Both the position numbers and the translations under genes were made by a program. 64,000 nucleotides of DNA, taken from Bacteroidota bacterium (lineage in GTDB: Bacteria > Bacteroidota > Bacteroidia > UBA4408). How positions within the stretch are numbered: the first letter of the stretch is position 1; the number at the start of each line of letters is the position of its first letter. The notes under the pieces were generated by a model, which was not told where the DNA came from, did not search any database, and saw only the letters and a program-made list of their open reading frames with translations. Below, piece by piece: positions 1 through 9,652 of this stretch. The stretch covers positions 96,910 through 160,909 of the forward strand of contig JAZKHE010000005.1 in NCBI GenBank assembly GCA_040385525.1, given 5' to 3'.

Positions 1-84
1 CATGGGTAACCACATTCCTTCGTCGGCTTTTGAAGAACCGATAATTCCGGTAATAATTGCAATCGATAAAAAAATCTTTTTCAT
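1..84 (-). CDS. 5' end (28 codons) of an S46-family dipeptidyl-peptidase (DPP7/DPP11-like); the gene continues beyond the window edge
   Basis: Reverse complement of 1-84 translates MKKIFLSIAIITGIIGSSKADEGMWLPM. This is a signal peptide followed by the DEGMWLP motif typical of S46 peptidase N-termini. ATG at 84..82. Confidence 0.45.
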   Translation of the reverse strand, partial: MKKIFLSIAIITGIIGSSKADEGMWLPM

Positions 85-188
85 TGTAAAATTATAGTTG
101 TTGTGTAAATCTAAAATTTAATAGTTGAATTTAAAGTCAATTTACGCTAAAAATCGACCAAAAAGGCAATATCAAAGCTAAACGGGGC

Positions 189-803
189 TTAAAATAATCC
201 GTTTATTTCTGCATCAATTTTATTAATAACTGTTCCTAAGCCTTCTGGTGTTTCGGCAAAGTTTACAGTATCAACATCAATTATTAGCAATTTACCTTGG
301 TTGTAGGTAGAAATCCAAGCTTCGTAACGCTCGTTTAATCTTTTTAAATAATCTAAACGAATTGAGTTTTCGTAATCTCTACCTCGTTTTTGAATTTGAT
401 TTACCAAGGTTGGAACCGATGCACGTAGATAAATTAATAAATCGGGTGATTGAATAAAACCATCCATCAAATTGAATAACGAAAAATAGTTTTCAAAATC
501 GCGGGTGGTCATTAAACCCATTGCATGAAGGTTTGGCGCAAAAATAAATGCATCTTCATAAATGGTTCTATCTTGAATAACGTTTTTACCACTTTTACGA
601 ATTTCCATTATCTGTGTAAAACGAGAGTTAAGGAAATAGATTTGCAAGTTAAACGACCAACGTTGCATGTCTTCGTAAAAGTCATTTAGGTAAGGATTGT
701 CGTCTGCATCCTCAAAATGTGCTTGCCAGTTATAATGTTTTGCTAAAAGAGTTGTTAAGGTTGTTTTTCCAGAACCAATGTTCCCTGCTACTGCTACATG
801 CAT
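189..803 (-). CDS. deoxynucleoside kinase (dAK/dCK/dGK family)
   Basis: 204 aa. P-loop GNIGSGKTT at the N-terminus. Length and motifs typical of the deoxynucleoside kinase family. Confidence 0.8.
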   Translation of the reverse strand: MHVAVAGNIGSGKTTLTTLLAKHYNWQAHFEDADDNPYLNDFYEDMQRWSFNLQIYFLNSRFTQIMEIRKSGKNVIQDRTIYEDAFIFAPNLHAMGLMTTRDFENYFSLFNLMDGFIQSPDLLIYLRASVPTLVNQIQKRGRDYENSIRLDYLKRLNERYEAWISTYNQGKLLIIDVDTVNFAETPEGLGTVINKIDAEINGLF

Positions 804-880
804 AATTCTTTGCTTAATTTTGGTCTAAAATACAAATTCTATTTTGTATTGCAAAGTTTTAAACAAGCTATGGTTAATTT

Positions 881-1672
881 TTATTGAATCTCGTTTATAT
901 CGAAGTAGTTTTTATACTGAAGTATTAAACGATTTTTTTCAACATTGGCTTTAACTAAACCCGTGTCTGATTCAGCAATAATAGATGCTTTAAGACTTTT
1001 TAAGTTAAAAGTTCCTACTTTATTTTTTTGTATAAAAACAATATCATCGTCTCTAACCTGAAACGAGCTTAAGCCTTTAATAGGAATTGTTTTGTAGTAA
1101 GTTCCAAACGAATCGAACACTAAAATACCTGTTTCTGGATTGTTTAAGTATAAAAAATTGTTGTGTTGCAACATAAAATTTGGCGCCATGTTTATCGCTA
1201 AAACTTGTCCTAAGTTACCTGTGCGATTTGTAATTTCGAGTGTTTGTGCTAAACGAATTAACTCAAAATTTAGTTGATTAAAAATCCAAATGCCATTGTT
1301 GTGCGACGAGCAGGCTAACTGTGTTTGCTCTAACCCAAGTTTTTCTAAAAATATGGTGCTACCTGTTTGTCCAAGCATATTATCTAAAAAAATAATTTTA
1401 GAAAAATCTTTATAAAACACCAATATTTTTAGCGGATTACTTGCATCAAGATGGTGTATTGCACCCCAAGTTTTGTCGCTAAATTTGCTAAAATATTTTC
1501 CGTCAGAATCATACTTTACAATTTCGTTATTAGCAACAGAATAAATGTTGTTTAAGTTGTCGGCGTAGGTGTGTTGTAAACCTTCTACCTGAATTTTTTT
1601 AATCAATTTGTTTGTTGCAGGAACAAACGCAAAAAGAAACAATGTTAAAAAAAGTAGAATTAAATTTTTCAT
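881..1672 (-). CDS. hypothetical secreted protein
   Basis: 263 aa with an N-terminal hydrophobic signal peptide (MKNLILLFLTLFLFAFVPA). No recognisable catalytic motif. Confidence 0.45.
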   Translation of the reverse strand: MKNLILLFLTLFLFAFVPATNKLIKKIQVEGLQHTYADNLNNIYSVANNEIVKYDSDGKYFSKFSDKTWGAIHHLDASNPLKILVFYKDFSKIIFLDNMLGQTGSTIFLEKLGLEQTQLACSSHNNGIWIFNQLNFELIRLAQTLEITNRTGNLGQVLAINMAPNFMLQHNNFLYLNNPETGILVFDSFGTYYKTIPIKGLSSFQVRDDDIVFIQKNKVGTFNLKSLKASIIAESDTGLVKANVEKNRLILQYKNYFDINEIQ

Positions 1673-1674
1673 TA

Positions 1675-3195
1675 TTATGAGTTTTTTATTTGTTGTAAAA
1701 TTTCTTCTATAAAAATTCGGTTGTTCGATAAACGTGGCACTTTGTTTTGTCCGCCTAGTTTGTTTTTTGCTTTTAGCCAGTTATAAAATGTATGTTGAGG
1801 TACGGATATAATTTCTGGATTTTGCAAAATCATATCTTTATACCTTTTCGCTTCATAGTCCGAATTTAGTGATTTTAATGCATTATCTAACATCGTGCCA
1901 AAAAATTCTATGCTATCGGGTTCTTTTTCAAACTCAATTATCCATTGGTGTGCACCTTGTTTACTATTACTGGTGTATATAGGAGCTGCAGAATAATCAG
2001 TAATTACAGCCTGAGTTTTATCGCAAGCAATTTTGAGTGCTTTTTCTGCATTGTCAATTATTAATTCTTCGCCAAACGCATTTATAAAATGTTTTGTTCT
2101 GCCCGTAATTTTTATTCTGTAAGGTGTAAGTGAAGTAAATTCTACTGTATCGCCAATTTTGTATCGCCACAAGCCTGCATTGGTACTTATTAAAATGGCG
2201 TAATTTATTCCTTTTTCTACTTCGTTAATTGTATATGTTTTTGGGTTGTTTGAGTTTATTTCTGCAACAGGAATAAACTCATAAAAAATTCCATAATCTA
2301 ACATTAAAAGTAATTCGTTGCTATTTAAAACATCTTGTATTCCAAAAAAACCTTCTGAAGCATTATAGGTTTCTAAATATTGCATTTCTGTGCTTGGAAT
2401 TAAAGCTTTAAATTGTTCGCGGTAGGGATCAAAATTTATTCCTCCATGAAAAAAAACTTCTAAGTTTGGCCAAACTTCTGATATGTTTTTTTTGCCTGTT
2501 TTTTTAAGAATGTGTTTTAATAAAAGTAGCAACCAACTTGGTACTCCGGCTAAGCTAGTAACGTTTTCGTTTATAGTAGATTCTGCAAGTTTTTCAATTT
2601 TACTTTCCCACTCATTCATTAATGCAATTTCTCTACTTGGAGTTCTAACGGCTTCAGCAAGTAGCGGTAAATTTTGTAAAATTATTGCCGACAAATCGCC
2701 CGTATAAAATTCATTTTCTCCATCAGAAAAATATTGATGACTTCCACTCAAGGCTAAATTTTTTCCTGTAAATAATTTAGCATCTTCAACACTATTGCAA
2801 TAAATGGAAAGCATATCTTTTCCGCCTTTTAAGTGGCATTCTTCTAGGCTTTCGGGACTAACAGGAATAAATTTACTTTTATCGGAAGTGGTGCCCGAGG
2901 ATTTTGCAAACCATTTAATTTCTGATGGCCACAAAATATTTTTTTCTCCTTTTTGAATTCTTTCTACAAAAGGTTTAACATCATCGTAATCTTGTATTGG
3001 GACTCTGTTTTTAAAAGAATTATAATTGTCGATTGATGTATAATTATATTGTTTGCCCCAAAGCGTGTCTTTAGAAGTATTTATTAATTTATTAAACACA
3101 TCTTGTTGCACTTCTCCAGGATATTTCATAAAAAGCTCAATTTGATGCATGCGCTTTTTTATTACCCAAGTTGCTATGGAATTTATTATTGGCAA
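1675..3195 (-). CDS. GH3 auxin-responsive promoter family protein (acyl-adenylate-forming enzyme superfamily)
   Basis: 506 aa. Overall resemblance to the bacterial GH3-family proteins common in Bacteroidota. Start is 2 nt after the stop of the preceding gene on this strand. Confidence 0.7.
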   Translation of the reverse strand: MPIINSIATWVIKKRMHQIELFMKYPGEVQQDVFNKLINTSKDTLWGKQYNYTSIDNYNSFKNRVPIQDYDDVKPFVERIQKGEKNILWPSEIKWFAKSSGTTSDKSKFIPVSPESLEECHLKGGKDMLSIYCNSVEDAKLFTGKNLALSGSHQYFSDGENEFYTGDLSAIILQNLPLLAEAVRTPSREIALMNEWESKIEKLAESTINENVTSLAGVPSWLLLLLKHILKKTGKKNISEVWPNLEVFFHGGINFDPYREQFKALIPSTEMQYLETYNASEGFFGIQDVLNSNELLLMLDYGIFYEFIPVAEINSNNPKTYTINEVEKGINYAILISTNAGLWRYKIGDTVEFTSLTPYRIKITGRTKHFINAFGEELIIDNAEKALKIACDKTQAVITDYSAAPIYTSNSKQGAHQWIIEFEKEPDSIEFFGTMLDNALKSLNSDYEAKRYKDMILQNPEIISVPQHTFYNWLKAKNKLGGQNKVPRLSNNRIFIEEILQQIKNS

Positions 3196-3248
3196 AATAA
3201 ATTTTTTGTTTGTTACAAAGTAAAACTAATTTTTAAAAGTACAAAATT

Positions 3249-4505
3249 TTATGCTTTTGTTTTTTCTTCCCAAATAGCAGCTAAATTAACTATTGTAGCT
3301 ACTGCTTTTTCCATGTCTTGAACAGAAACCCATTCGTATTTAGAATGAAAAGCATGCTCACCAGCAAAAATATTTGGGCAAGGCAAGCCCATAAACGATA
3401 AGCGCGAACCATCAGTTCCGCCTCTAATACTAGTTAGTTTGGGCTCTATTCCAGTTCTTTTTACCGCTTCAATTGCATAGTCTGCAACTTCTGGATGTTT
3501 ATCTAAAACATCTTTCATATTTCTGTATTGTTCGGTTACAATAAAATCGAAACTTGATTTTTTATACGTTGAAATTATTTTTTCTACAATTTTATTTAGC
3601 TCATCTTCTAAGTGATTTAAGCCTTTTGTGGTAAAATCTCTAATTATAAATTTAATTTCAGCTTTTTCTATCGTTCCGCTAATTGATGTAGGGTGGATAA
3701 AACCTTCTTTTTGTTCTGTTGTTTCGGGCGACATTGTATTTTTAGGTAGTTGTGCTATAATTTCAGATGCAATTTTTATTGCGCTTTCCATTTTGTTTTT
3801 TGCAAAACCAGGGTGCGTGCTTACACCATAAATAGTAACACTTACGCCGTCAGCTGAGAAAGTTTCGTTTTCGATATGACCTAATTCTTCGCCATCAATA
3901 GTGTATCCAAAATCTGCATTTAATTTTTTTATGTCGAGCATTTCAACACCTCTTCCAACTTCTTCATCTGGTGTAAACAAAACACGAATGTCGCCATGCT
4001 TTATTTCTGGATTTTTTATTAAATGATGCATAGCATCCATTATCTCAGCAACACCAGCTTTGTTATCTGCGCCCAACAAAGTGGTTCCGCTTGCAGTAAT
4101 AATATCGTTACCAATTTGTTTTAATAGTGAAGGATGTTTTTTAGAAGATAAAACAATACTTGTGTCGTCGGGCAAAACAATATCGTCGCCATTGTAATTG
4201 TTGTGTACAATTGGTTTTACGTTTTCGCCACTACAATCGGGCGATGTATCCATGTGCGAACAAAAACAAATAGTAGGAATTTTTTTTGAAGAATTGCTTT
4301 TTAATGTTGCAAAAACATAACCATGCTCATCCATGTGAGTATCGGTTAAACCCATTTCTAAAAGTTCAGCAACAAGAATTTTAGCAAGATTTTTTTGCTT
4401 TTCAGTACTGGGGAAAGAGGTTGAATCTGGATTAGATTGTGTATCAATAGTAACGTAGTTTAAAAAACGTTTTGTTACTGTATTGGTGTAGTTTTGAAGT
4501 GACAT
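3249..4505 (-). CDS. pepT: peptidase T (tripeptide aminopeptidase, M20B)
   Basis: 418 aa. M20 family metal-binding motifs (HMDT...D...GADNK..EE). Size typical of PepT. Confidence 0.8.
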   Translation of the reverse strand: MSLQNYTNTVTKRFLNYVTIDTQSNPDSTSFPSTEKQKNLAKILVAELLEMGLTDTHMDEHGYVFATLKSNSSKKIPTICFCSHMDTSPDCSGENVKPIVHNNYNGDDIVLPDDTSIVLSSKKHPSLLKQIGNDIITASGTTLLGADNKAGVAEIMDAMHHLIKNPEIKHGDIRVLFTPDEEVGRGVEMLDIKKLNADFGYTIDGEELGHIENETFSADGVSVTIYGVSTHPGFAKNKMESAIKIASEIIAQLPKNTMSPETTEQKEGFIHPTSISGTIEKAEIKFIIRDFTTKGLNHLEDELNKIVEKIISTYKKSSFDFIVTEQYRNMKDVLDKHPEVADYAIEAVKRTGIEPKLTSIRGGTDGSRLSFMGLPCPNIFAGEHAFHSKYEWVSVQDMEKAVATIVNLAAIWEEKTKA

Positions 4506-4559
4506 AGAAAATCATTTGATGTATAAATATACAAAATTTAATTTTCTAATGGCTTCAAA

Positions 4560-5276
4560 TTATTTTTGATGTTTGCTAATTATTTTTTCAAAGTCTTCTT
4601 TAGAAATATAACCTACGTGTTTCCATACTTCTTTTTTGTTTTTGTATAAAAACAAAGTAGGTAAGGCTTCTATTTGCATTGCTTTTGCAATGGCTTCATT
4701 TTCGTCAGCATTTATTTTATGAATTGCTAAAACTGCTTTTTTTTCTTCGCTCATTTCAGCTAAATAGGGCGCCATTTTTTTGCATGGACCACACCAAGGC
4801 GCATAAAAATCAATTAAAACTAAACGTTCATCATTTAAAAAATTAGCGTATTCTTTTTCGTTCATGCCTTTTGATTTTTCTGCAACAGGCAGAACTACTT
4901 TTTTGTTGGCGTTTTTCCATTGCATAATTCCGCCTTGCATATTGTAAACTTCTTTAAAACCTAAATCAATAAGTTTTTGGCTAGCGGCAGCGCTTCTTCC
5001 GCCGCTTAAACAATAAACAAATACTGGTTTTGTTTTCTCAAGTTTGTTGGCTTCTGTTACAAAACTATCACCATTCCAATTTATGTTTTTTGCATTTTCT
5101 ATGTAACCCGATGCAAATTCTCCTTCGGTTCTTACGTCAATTAGCTGAGCGTTAGTTGTTGCATTTACTTTAGTTTCAAACTCATTATTTGGAATGTTTA
5201 AAAAACTATTTTGTGCAGTAACAAAACCAATTTGCGCGACTAGTACTAATAATAAAATGCGAAGTGAGTTTTTCAT
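4560..5276 (-). CDS. secreted rhodanese-thioredoxin fusion protein
   Basis: 238 aa. Signal peptide, rhodanese active-site loop CLSGGRS, and a C-terminal thioredoxin fold with WCGPCK. Confidence 0.75.
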   Translation of the reverse strand: MKNSLRILLLVLVAQIGFVTAQNSFLNIPNNEFETKVNATTNAQLIDVRTEGEFASGYIENAKNINWNGDSFVTEANKLEKTKPVFVYCLSGGRSAAASQKLIDLGFKEVYNMQGGIMQWKNANKKVVLPVAEKSKGMNEKEYANFLNDERLVLIDFYAPWCGPCKKMAPYLAEMSEEKKAVLAIHKINADENEAIAKAMQIEALPTLFLYKNKKEVWKHVGYISKEDFEKIISKHQK

Positions 5277-5278
5277 AA

Positions 5279-5590
5279 TTAACTGTGTTTTTCAATAATT
5301 TGTTTTAAGTAATCTGCAGGCACAACACCCGATTGACGCCAAACAATTTGTCCGTTTTTAAACAATGCAAGTGTTGGAACGCCTTGTATTTGGTAAAAAG
5401 CCGCTGCTGATGGATTTTTGTCTACATCTACCTTAATAATTGTTGCTTTGTCGCCAATTTTAGTTTTTAAATCATCTAAAATGGGTTTCATTGTTTTGCA
5501 AGGACCACACCACTCGGCAAAAAAATCGACCAAGGTTGGTTTATCACTAGAAATAATTGTGTTAAATGAATTTGCTGACATATTTGACAA
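5279..5590 (-). CDS. trxA: thioredoxin
   Basis: 103 aa with canonical WCGPCK active site. Confidence 0.85.
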   Translation of the reverse strand: MSNMSANSFNTIISSDKPTLVDFFAEWCGPCKTMKPILDDLKTKIGDKATIIKVDVDKNPSAAAFYQIQGVPTLALFKNGQIVWRQSGVVPADYLKQIIEKHS

Positions 5591-5605
5591 GTATAAAGTT
5601 ACACG

Positions 5606-5851
5606 TTATTTTACTTCTTCAAAATCAATTTCATGTGTTGATTTTGTGTTTTCTTTTTTTGTAAAGTTTGTATTGCATGAGTTTACACCACAACAGCCCC
5701 AATTAAATAGCGCTTGAACTAATAGCAATGTGCAAATTAAAATTACTGGTAAATCATAATTTACAATTGCGCCAACTCCAAAAAACAAACCTGCTACAAG
5801 TCGTAACCAGCGCATAAAATGCCATGGCGTATTTATAATTCTGTCTATCAT
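5606..5851 (-). CDS. DUF2892 (YgaP-like) small membrane protein
   Basis: 81 aa with two transmembrane helices and a C-terminal Cys-rich NWGCCGVNSC motif, as in rhodanese-associated YgaP C-terminal domains. Overlaps the upstream rhodanese gene by 4 nt. Confidence 0.55.
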   Translation of the reverse strand: MIDRIINTPWHFMRWLRLVAGLFFGVGAIVNYDLPVILICTLLLVQALFNWGCCGVNSCNTNFTKKENTKSTHEIDFEEVK

Positions 5852-6165
5852 CTTAACTTGCTATTTAAACTAAACCAACTTCCGCCATTGTAAACCTGTG
5901 TATAGCCATTGTTTTTTAACATCGATTTTGCCATGCCACTTCTCATACCTGATGCACAACAAGTAATAATAACTTTGTTTTTATCTTTAAGTTTAGCAAG
6001 ATTTTTCCCTAATGAATCTACAGGTATATTTATAGAACCTTTTATGCTTCCGCTTGCATATTCACCTGCGCTTCTTACATCAAGAATAATTGCGCCATTT
6101 TTTGCTAATTCAGCATAATTTACTTTTGGGCTTAAGCCAAAAATTCTTTTTAACGTATCTAACAT
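5848..6165 (-). CDS. single-domain rhodanese (sulfurtransferase)
   Basis: 105 aa. Active-site CASGMRS loop. Confidence 0.8.
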   Translation of the reverse strand: MLDTLKRIFGLSPKVNYAELAKNGAIILDVRSAGEYASGSIKGSINIPVDSLGKNLAKLKDKNKVIITCCASGMRSGMAKSMLKNNGYTQVYNGGSWFSLNSKLR

Positions 6166-6460
6166 GTTTTTTAAGTTTATAATGCAAAGTTACAGTGTCC
6201 TTATCTTAAATTAAGGTACAATTGTTACACATCTTTTAAGTTTTGTGCATTTTTTCTAAAATGACCTAGAATGTTAAATAAATTTAATGTTATTGTTTTT
6301 TGAAACATTTGAAACATTTTAGCGTTTCACTAATACATTCTTTTTAAATTATAATAGTGAATTTTAAATTGATAGTCAAGCAAAAAAGCAAAAATGTTGA
6401 AAACTATTTTTCTTGACTTGTAACGATGAGTTGTTTATTTTTGTCTACGAAACCTAAAAA

Positions 6461-6655
6461 TTGAAAGCTATGTACGAAATGACCAAACACATTTTAGAGA
6501 AGGTTAGTTTTGATAAAAGCCTTTTCCGCAAGGAGCTTTTTAAAGCACGCAAGTTTTTAAAGAAGGATGAATTGTTGTTGCTTAGGTTATGGTGTTTAAC
6601 AACCTTTGGACACCTTTATCAAGACGTTATTGTTGAGGCCTTGGATTTGGCTTAA
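6461..6655 (+). CDS. hypothetical small helical protein (uncertain)
   Basis: 64-aa ORF in an otherwise empty 300-bp intergenic space. Its 3' end overlaps the queG 3' end convergently by 29 nt. Confidence 0.2.
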   Translation: MKAMYEMTKHILEKVSFDKSLFRKELFKARKFLKKDELLLLRLWCLTTFGHLYQDVIVEALDLA

Positions 6656-7571
6656 TAAACTCTAAATTTCTTTTAAAGCCTTTAAATTTTGTCCTACTTA
6701 ATGGAGAATTTTTAAAGGCTTTTTTAAATACTTCTTCTGTCATTTCTTCCCAATCTTTGTAATTGTTGTTTTTAATTAAAGGATTTATAGAAAACAATGG
6801 TTCTGCTGTTGGTTTAGAAAACCGATTCCACGGGCAAATATCTTGACAAATGTCGCAACCAAATGCCCAATCGTTAAATTTGCCTTTCATTTCTGTTGGA
6901 ATATTTTCTTTTAACTCAATAGTAAAGTAAGAAATACATTTGCTTCCATCAACAACATAGGGTTCAATAATAGCATCGGTAGGGCAGGCATCAATACATT
7001 TTGTGCATGTGCCACAATAATCTTTTATTGGTGAATCATAATCCAATTCTAAATCAATAATAAGTTCTGCTATAAAAAAATACGAGCCATTGTTTTTAGA
7101 AATAATGTTGCTGTTTTTTCCTTGCCAACCCAAACCACTTTTTTTTGCCCAAGCTTTGTCCATTACCGGTGCAGAATCAACAAAAGCACGTCCGCTAATT
7201 TCTCCAATTTGTTCTGAGATAAAGTTGTGCAATTCAAATAGTTTATTTTTTATTACGGTGTGATAATCTGTTCCGTAAGCGTATTTAGAAATTTTTTGGC
7301 TATCCGAATTTTGAATTTGGTTGGGATAATAATTGAGTAATAATGAAATTACAGATTTAGCTCCATCAACCAATAGTCTTGGGTCTAGGCGTTTATCAAA
7401 ATAATTCGCCATATAATTCATTTCGCCGTTGTGATTATTATTTAGCCATTTTTCTAAACGCGGCGCTTCTTCTTCTAAAAATTCAGCTTTAGAAATGCCA
7501 CAAAAATCAAAGCCTAAGCGCTTTGCTTCTTGTTTAATAAGTTGTGTGTTTTTTTCTTTTTGATTGAACAA
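6627..7571 (-). CDS. queG: epoxyqueuosine reductase
   Basis: 314 aa. 4Fe-4S ferredoxin motifs ([23 protein letters not shown]). N-terminus typical of QueG. Confidence 0.85.
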   Translation of the reverse strand: MFNQKEKNTQLIKQEAKRLGFDFCGISKAEFLEEEAPRLEKWLNNNHNGEMNYMANYFDKRLDPRLLVDGAKSVISLLLNYYPNQIQNSDSQKISKYAYGTDYHTVIKNKLFELHNFISEQIGEISGRAFVDSAPVMDKAWAKKSGLGWQGKNSNIISKNNGSYFFIAELIIDLELDYDSPIKDYCGTCTKCIDACPTDAIIEPYVVDGSKCISYFTIELKENIPTEMKGKFNDWAFGCDICQDICPWNRFSKPTAEPLFSINPLIKNNNYKDWEEMTEEVFKKAFKNSPLSRTKFKGFKRNLEFIKPNPRPQQ

Positions 7572-7592
7572 AGCGAGATAAATAATTGAGAA

Positions 7593-8627
7593 TTATTCTT
7601 CTCTATCGAAAAGACTTCCTTTAAATGCTTTTGGAATTTTGCCTAAATGTTTGTAGGCTAAATCTGTTGCTTCTCGTCCGCGAGGTGTACGCATCAAATA
7701 ACCTTCTTGTATTAAAAAGGGTTCGTACACTTCTTCTATCGTATCAGATTCTTCGCCTACAGCGGTAGAAATTGTGTTTAAACCGACAGGGCCACCTTTA
7801 AATTTATCAATTAATGTAGAAAGGATTTTTATATCCATTTCGTCTAATCCATTTTTATCTACATTTAGTGCGTTTAGTGCAATTTGAGCAATTTCAATAT
7901 CAATTGCGCCATTCCCTTTTACTTGCGCAAAATCTCTAGTTCTGCGTAACAACGCATTTGCTATACGTGGCGTTCCTCGGCTACGGCGTGCAATTTCGTA
8001 TGCAGCCACTTCATCAATGTTTACGTTTAGTATATCTGAAGAACGGGTTACAATACCAGTAAGTAATTTAGAATCGTAATATTCTAATCTCGAATTAATA
8101 CCAAAACGCGCACGTAGCGGAGATGTGAGTAAGCCAGAACGTGTTGTTGCACCAATTAATGTAAAAGGATTTAAACCAATTTGTATGCTGCGTGCATTTG
8201 GTCCGCTATCTAACATAATATCTATGCGATAATCTTCCATAGCAGAATACAAATACTCTTCTACAATTGGGCTTAAACGATGAATTTCATCAATAAATAA
8301 AATATCGTTGGGTTCTAAATTAGTAAGCAAACCTGCTAAATCGCCTGGTTTATCTAACACTGGGCCCGATGTAATTTTTATGCCTACACCTAAATCGTTA
8401 GCAATAATATTTGCTAAAGTTGTTTTTCCTAAGCCTGGAGGGCCGTGTAACAAAACGTGATCTAAAGCTTCTTTACGTTGTTTTGTTGCGCTAACAAATA
8501 TTTTTAGATTTTCTACTACTTTATCCTGTCCCAAAAAATCGTCGAATGATAGTGGGCGCAACGCCTTATCAACTTCTTTTTCGGTTGGAGAAAAGTTTTC
8601 GTTAGTAGGATCTAAATTTTCATTCAT
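7593..8627 (-). CDS. ruvB: Holliday junction branch migration helicase RuvB
   Basis: 344 aa. Walker [15 protein letters not shown]+ fold, RuvB-type C-terminal region. Confidence 0.95.
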   Translation of the reverse strand: MNENLDPTNENFSPTEKEVDKALRPLSFDDFLGQDKVVENLKIFVSATKQRKEALDHVLLHGPPGLGKTTLANIIANDLGVGIKITSGPVLDKPGDLAGLLTNLEPNDILFIDEIHRLSPIVEEYLYSAMEDYRIDIMLDSGPNARSIQIGLNPFTLIGATTRSGLLTSPLRARFGINSRLEYYDSKLLTGIVTRSSDILNVNIDEVAAYEIARRSRGTPRIANALLRRTRDFAQVKGNGAIDIEIAQIALNALNVDKNGLDEMDIKILSTLIDKFKGGPVGLNTISTAVGEESDTIEEVYEPFLIQEGYLMRTPRGREATDLAYKHLGKIPKAFKGSLFDREE

Positions 8628-8708
8628 ATTACAAAGATAGAACTTATAGTAATTGCGAATGAATTCGTTTAATATTTATTCTGATAAACAAATGCAAAGT
8701 TTACTTTA

Positions 8709-8823
8709 CCACATAGTTACATAGCAAATTATTGCTGTATGTTAGAAAGTAGTACATAGAAATTTTCGCTTGCGAAAATCTATGTTAACTTTTATCTTTA
8801 ATGGATCCTATGTTTCTATGTGG
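8709..8823. repeat. MITE-like palindromic intergenic repeat, copy A
   Basis: Termini CCACATAGTTACATAG ... CTATGTTTCTATGTGG are inverted. Central palindrome TTTTCGCTTGCGAAAA. A second copy lies at 37753-37871. Confidence 0.6.
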
Positions 8824-8879
8824 TGAAAAAGAATAGTACTTATGCTTGTTAGACTGCTTCGTTCCTCGCAGATAAAAAA

Positions 8880-9503
8880 CTACAAGTACTTATTGTATTT
8901 CGATTTTGGGAAAAGCGTTTTATACAAAATATCCCAATAGATAAGCGTTTTAAAAGTGTAGGTTGGACTTTGAAATTCGTTACCTAATTCTTTGTTTTTT
9001 ATAATGTAGTACCTAAATCCTAAATCTAAACCAATACCAAACCATTTTATAATTTTATATTGGCCTGCAATGCTTGGCTCGTATAGCATTACAAATTTTT
9101 GATTAGTATTTGCGTTTGGATATTTTATATACGAGTTGCCTAAACCTATTTGAACAGGAATTGCAAACTCCCATTTGCCTTTGTTGTAAAAAACATAATC
9201 GGCAAAAATGTGGAAATAATCAATATTGTGTGTGCCAATTTCGCCTAAGCTGTTGGTAAACTGTTTACCATCTTTTAAATAGCTGTAACCAATTCCGTAA
9301 CGTGTTCGTCTATTAAACGAAAGCCCTAATTTAACGCCCGAAAACTGATTTATTTTACCATCAATAAACGTGTTTCTGCTGTCTAATTTGGCTACAATTC
9401 CTGGTCTACGTTTTAAATCTTTGTTAATAGTATCTAACAATTGTGCTTTAGCGGAAAGGCTTGCTAAAACAAAGATTACGAATATAAAACGCTTTGCTGT
9501 CAA
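8880..9503 (-). CDS. putative outer-membrane beta-barrel protein (hypothetical)
   Basis: 207 aa. Signal peptide, alternating aromatic/hydrophobic pattern with Y/F/W-rich strands, C-terminal aromatic-rich end. Confidence 0.45.
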   Translation of the reverse strand: MTAKRFIFVIFVLASLSAKAQLLDTINKDLKRRPGIVAKLDSRNTFIDGKINQFSGVKLGLSFNRRTRYGIGYSYLKDGKQFTNSLGEIGTHNIDYFHIFADYVFYNKGKWEFAIPVQIGLGNSYIKYPNANTNQKFVMLYEPSIAGQYKIIKWFGIGLDLGFRYYIIKNKELGNEFQSPTYTFKTLIYWDILYKTLFPKSKYNKYL

Positions 9504-9589
9504 TTGAAAATAATTTTATGCAAAAGTAACAGCAAAAGCGTTTAAATTCTAATGCAACACAAAAATTAATTCAAAATATGCGTCATTGC

Positions 9590-9626
9590 ATAAAACAAAA
9601 AACCTCCCAATTTGGGAGGTTTTTGT
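9590..9626. terminator. bidirectional rho-independent terminator
   Basis: Hairpin CCTCCCAA-TTT-GGGAGG with an A-run on one side and a T-run on the other. Lies just downstream of the minus-strand lipoprotein gene that ends at 9653. Confidence 0.6.
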
Positions 9627-9652
9627 AAAAGATTAGAAATTTAAATTTCTAA

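Noticed and set aside
6290-6312. Tandem TGAAACATTT x2 direct repeat in the rhodanese-operon upstream region
   Set aside because: Only two short units in AT-rich intergenic DNA. It could be a regulator half-site pair but is too short to call.
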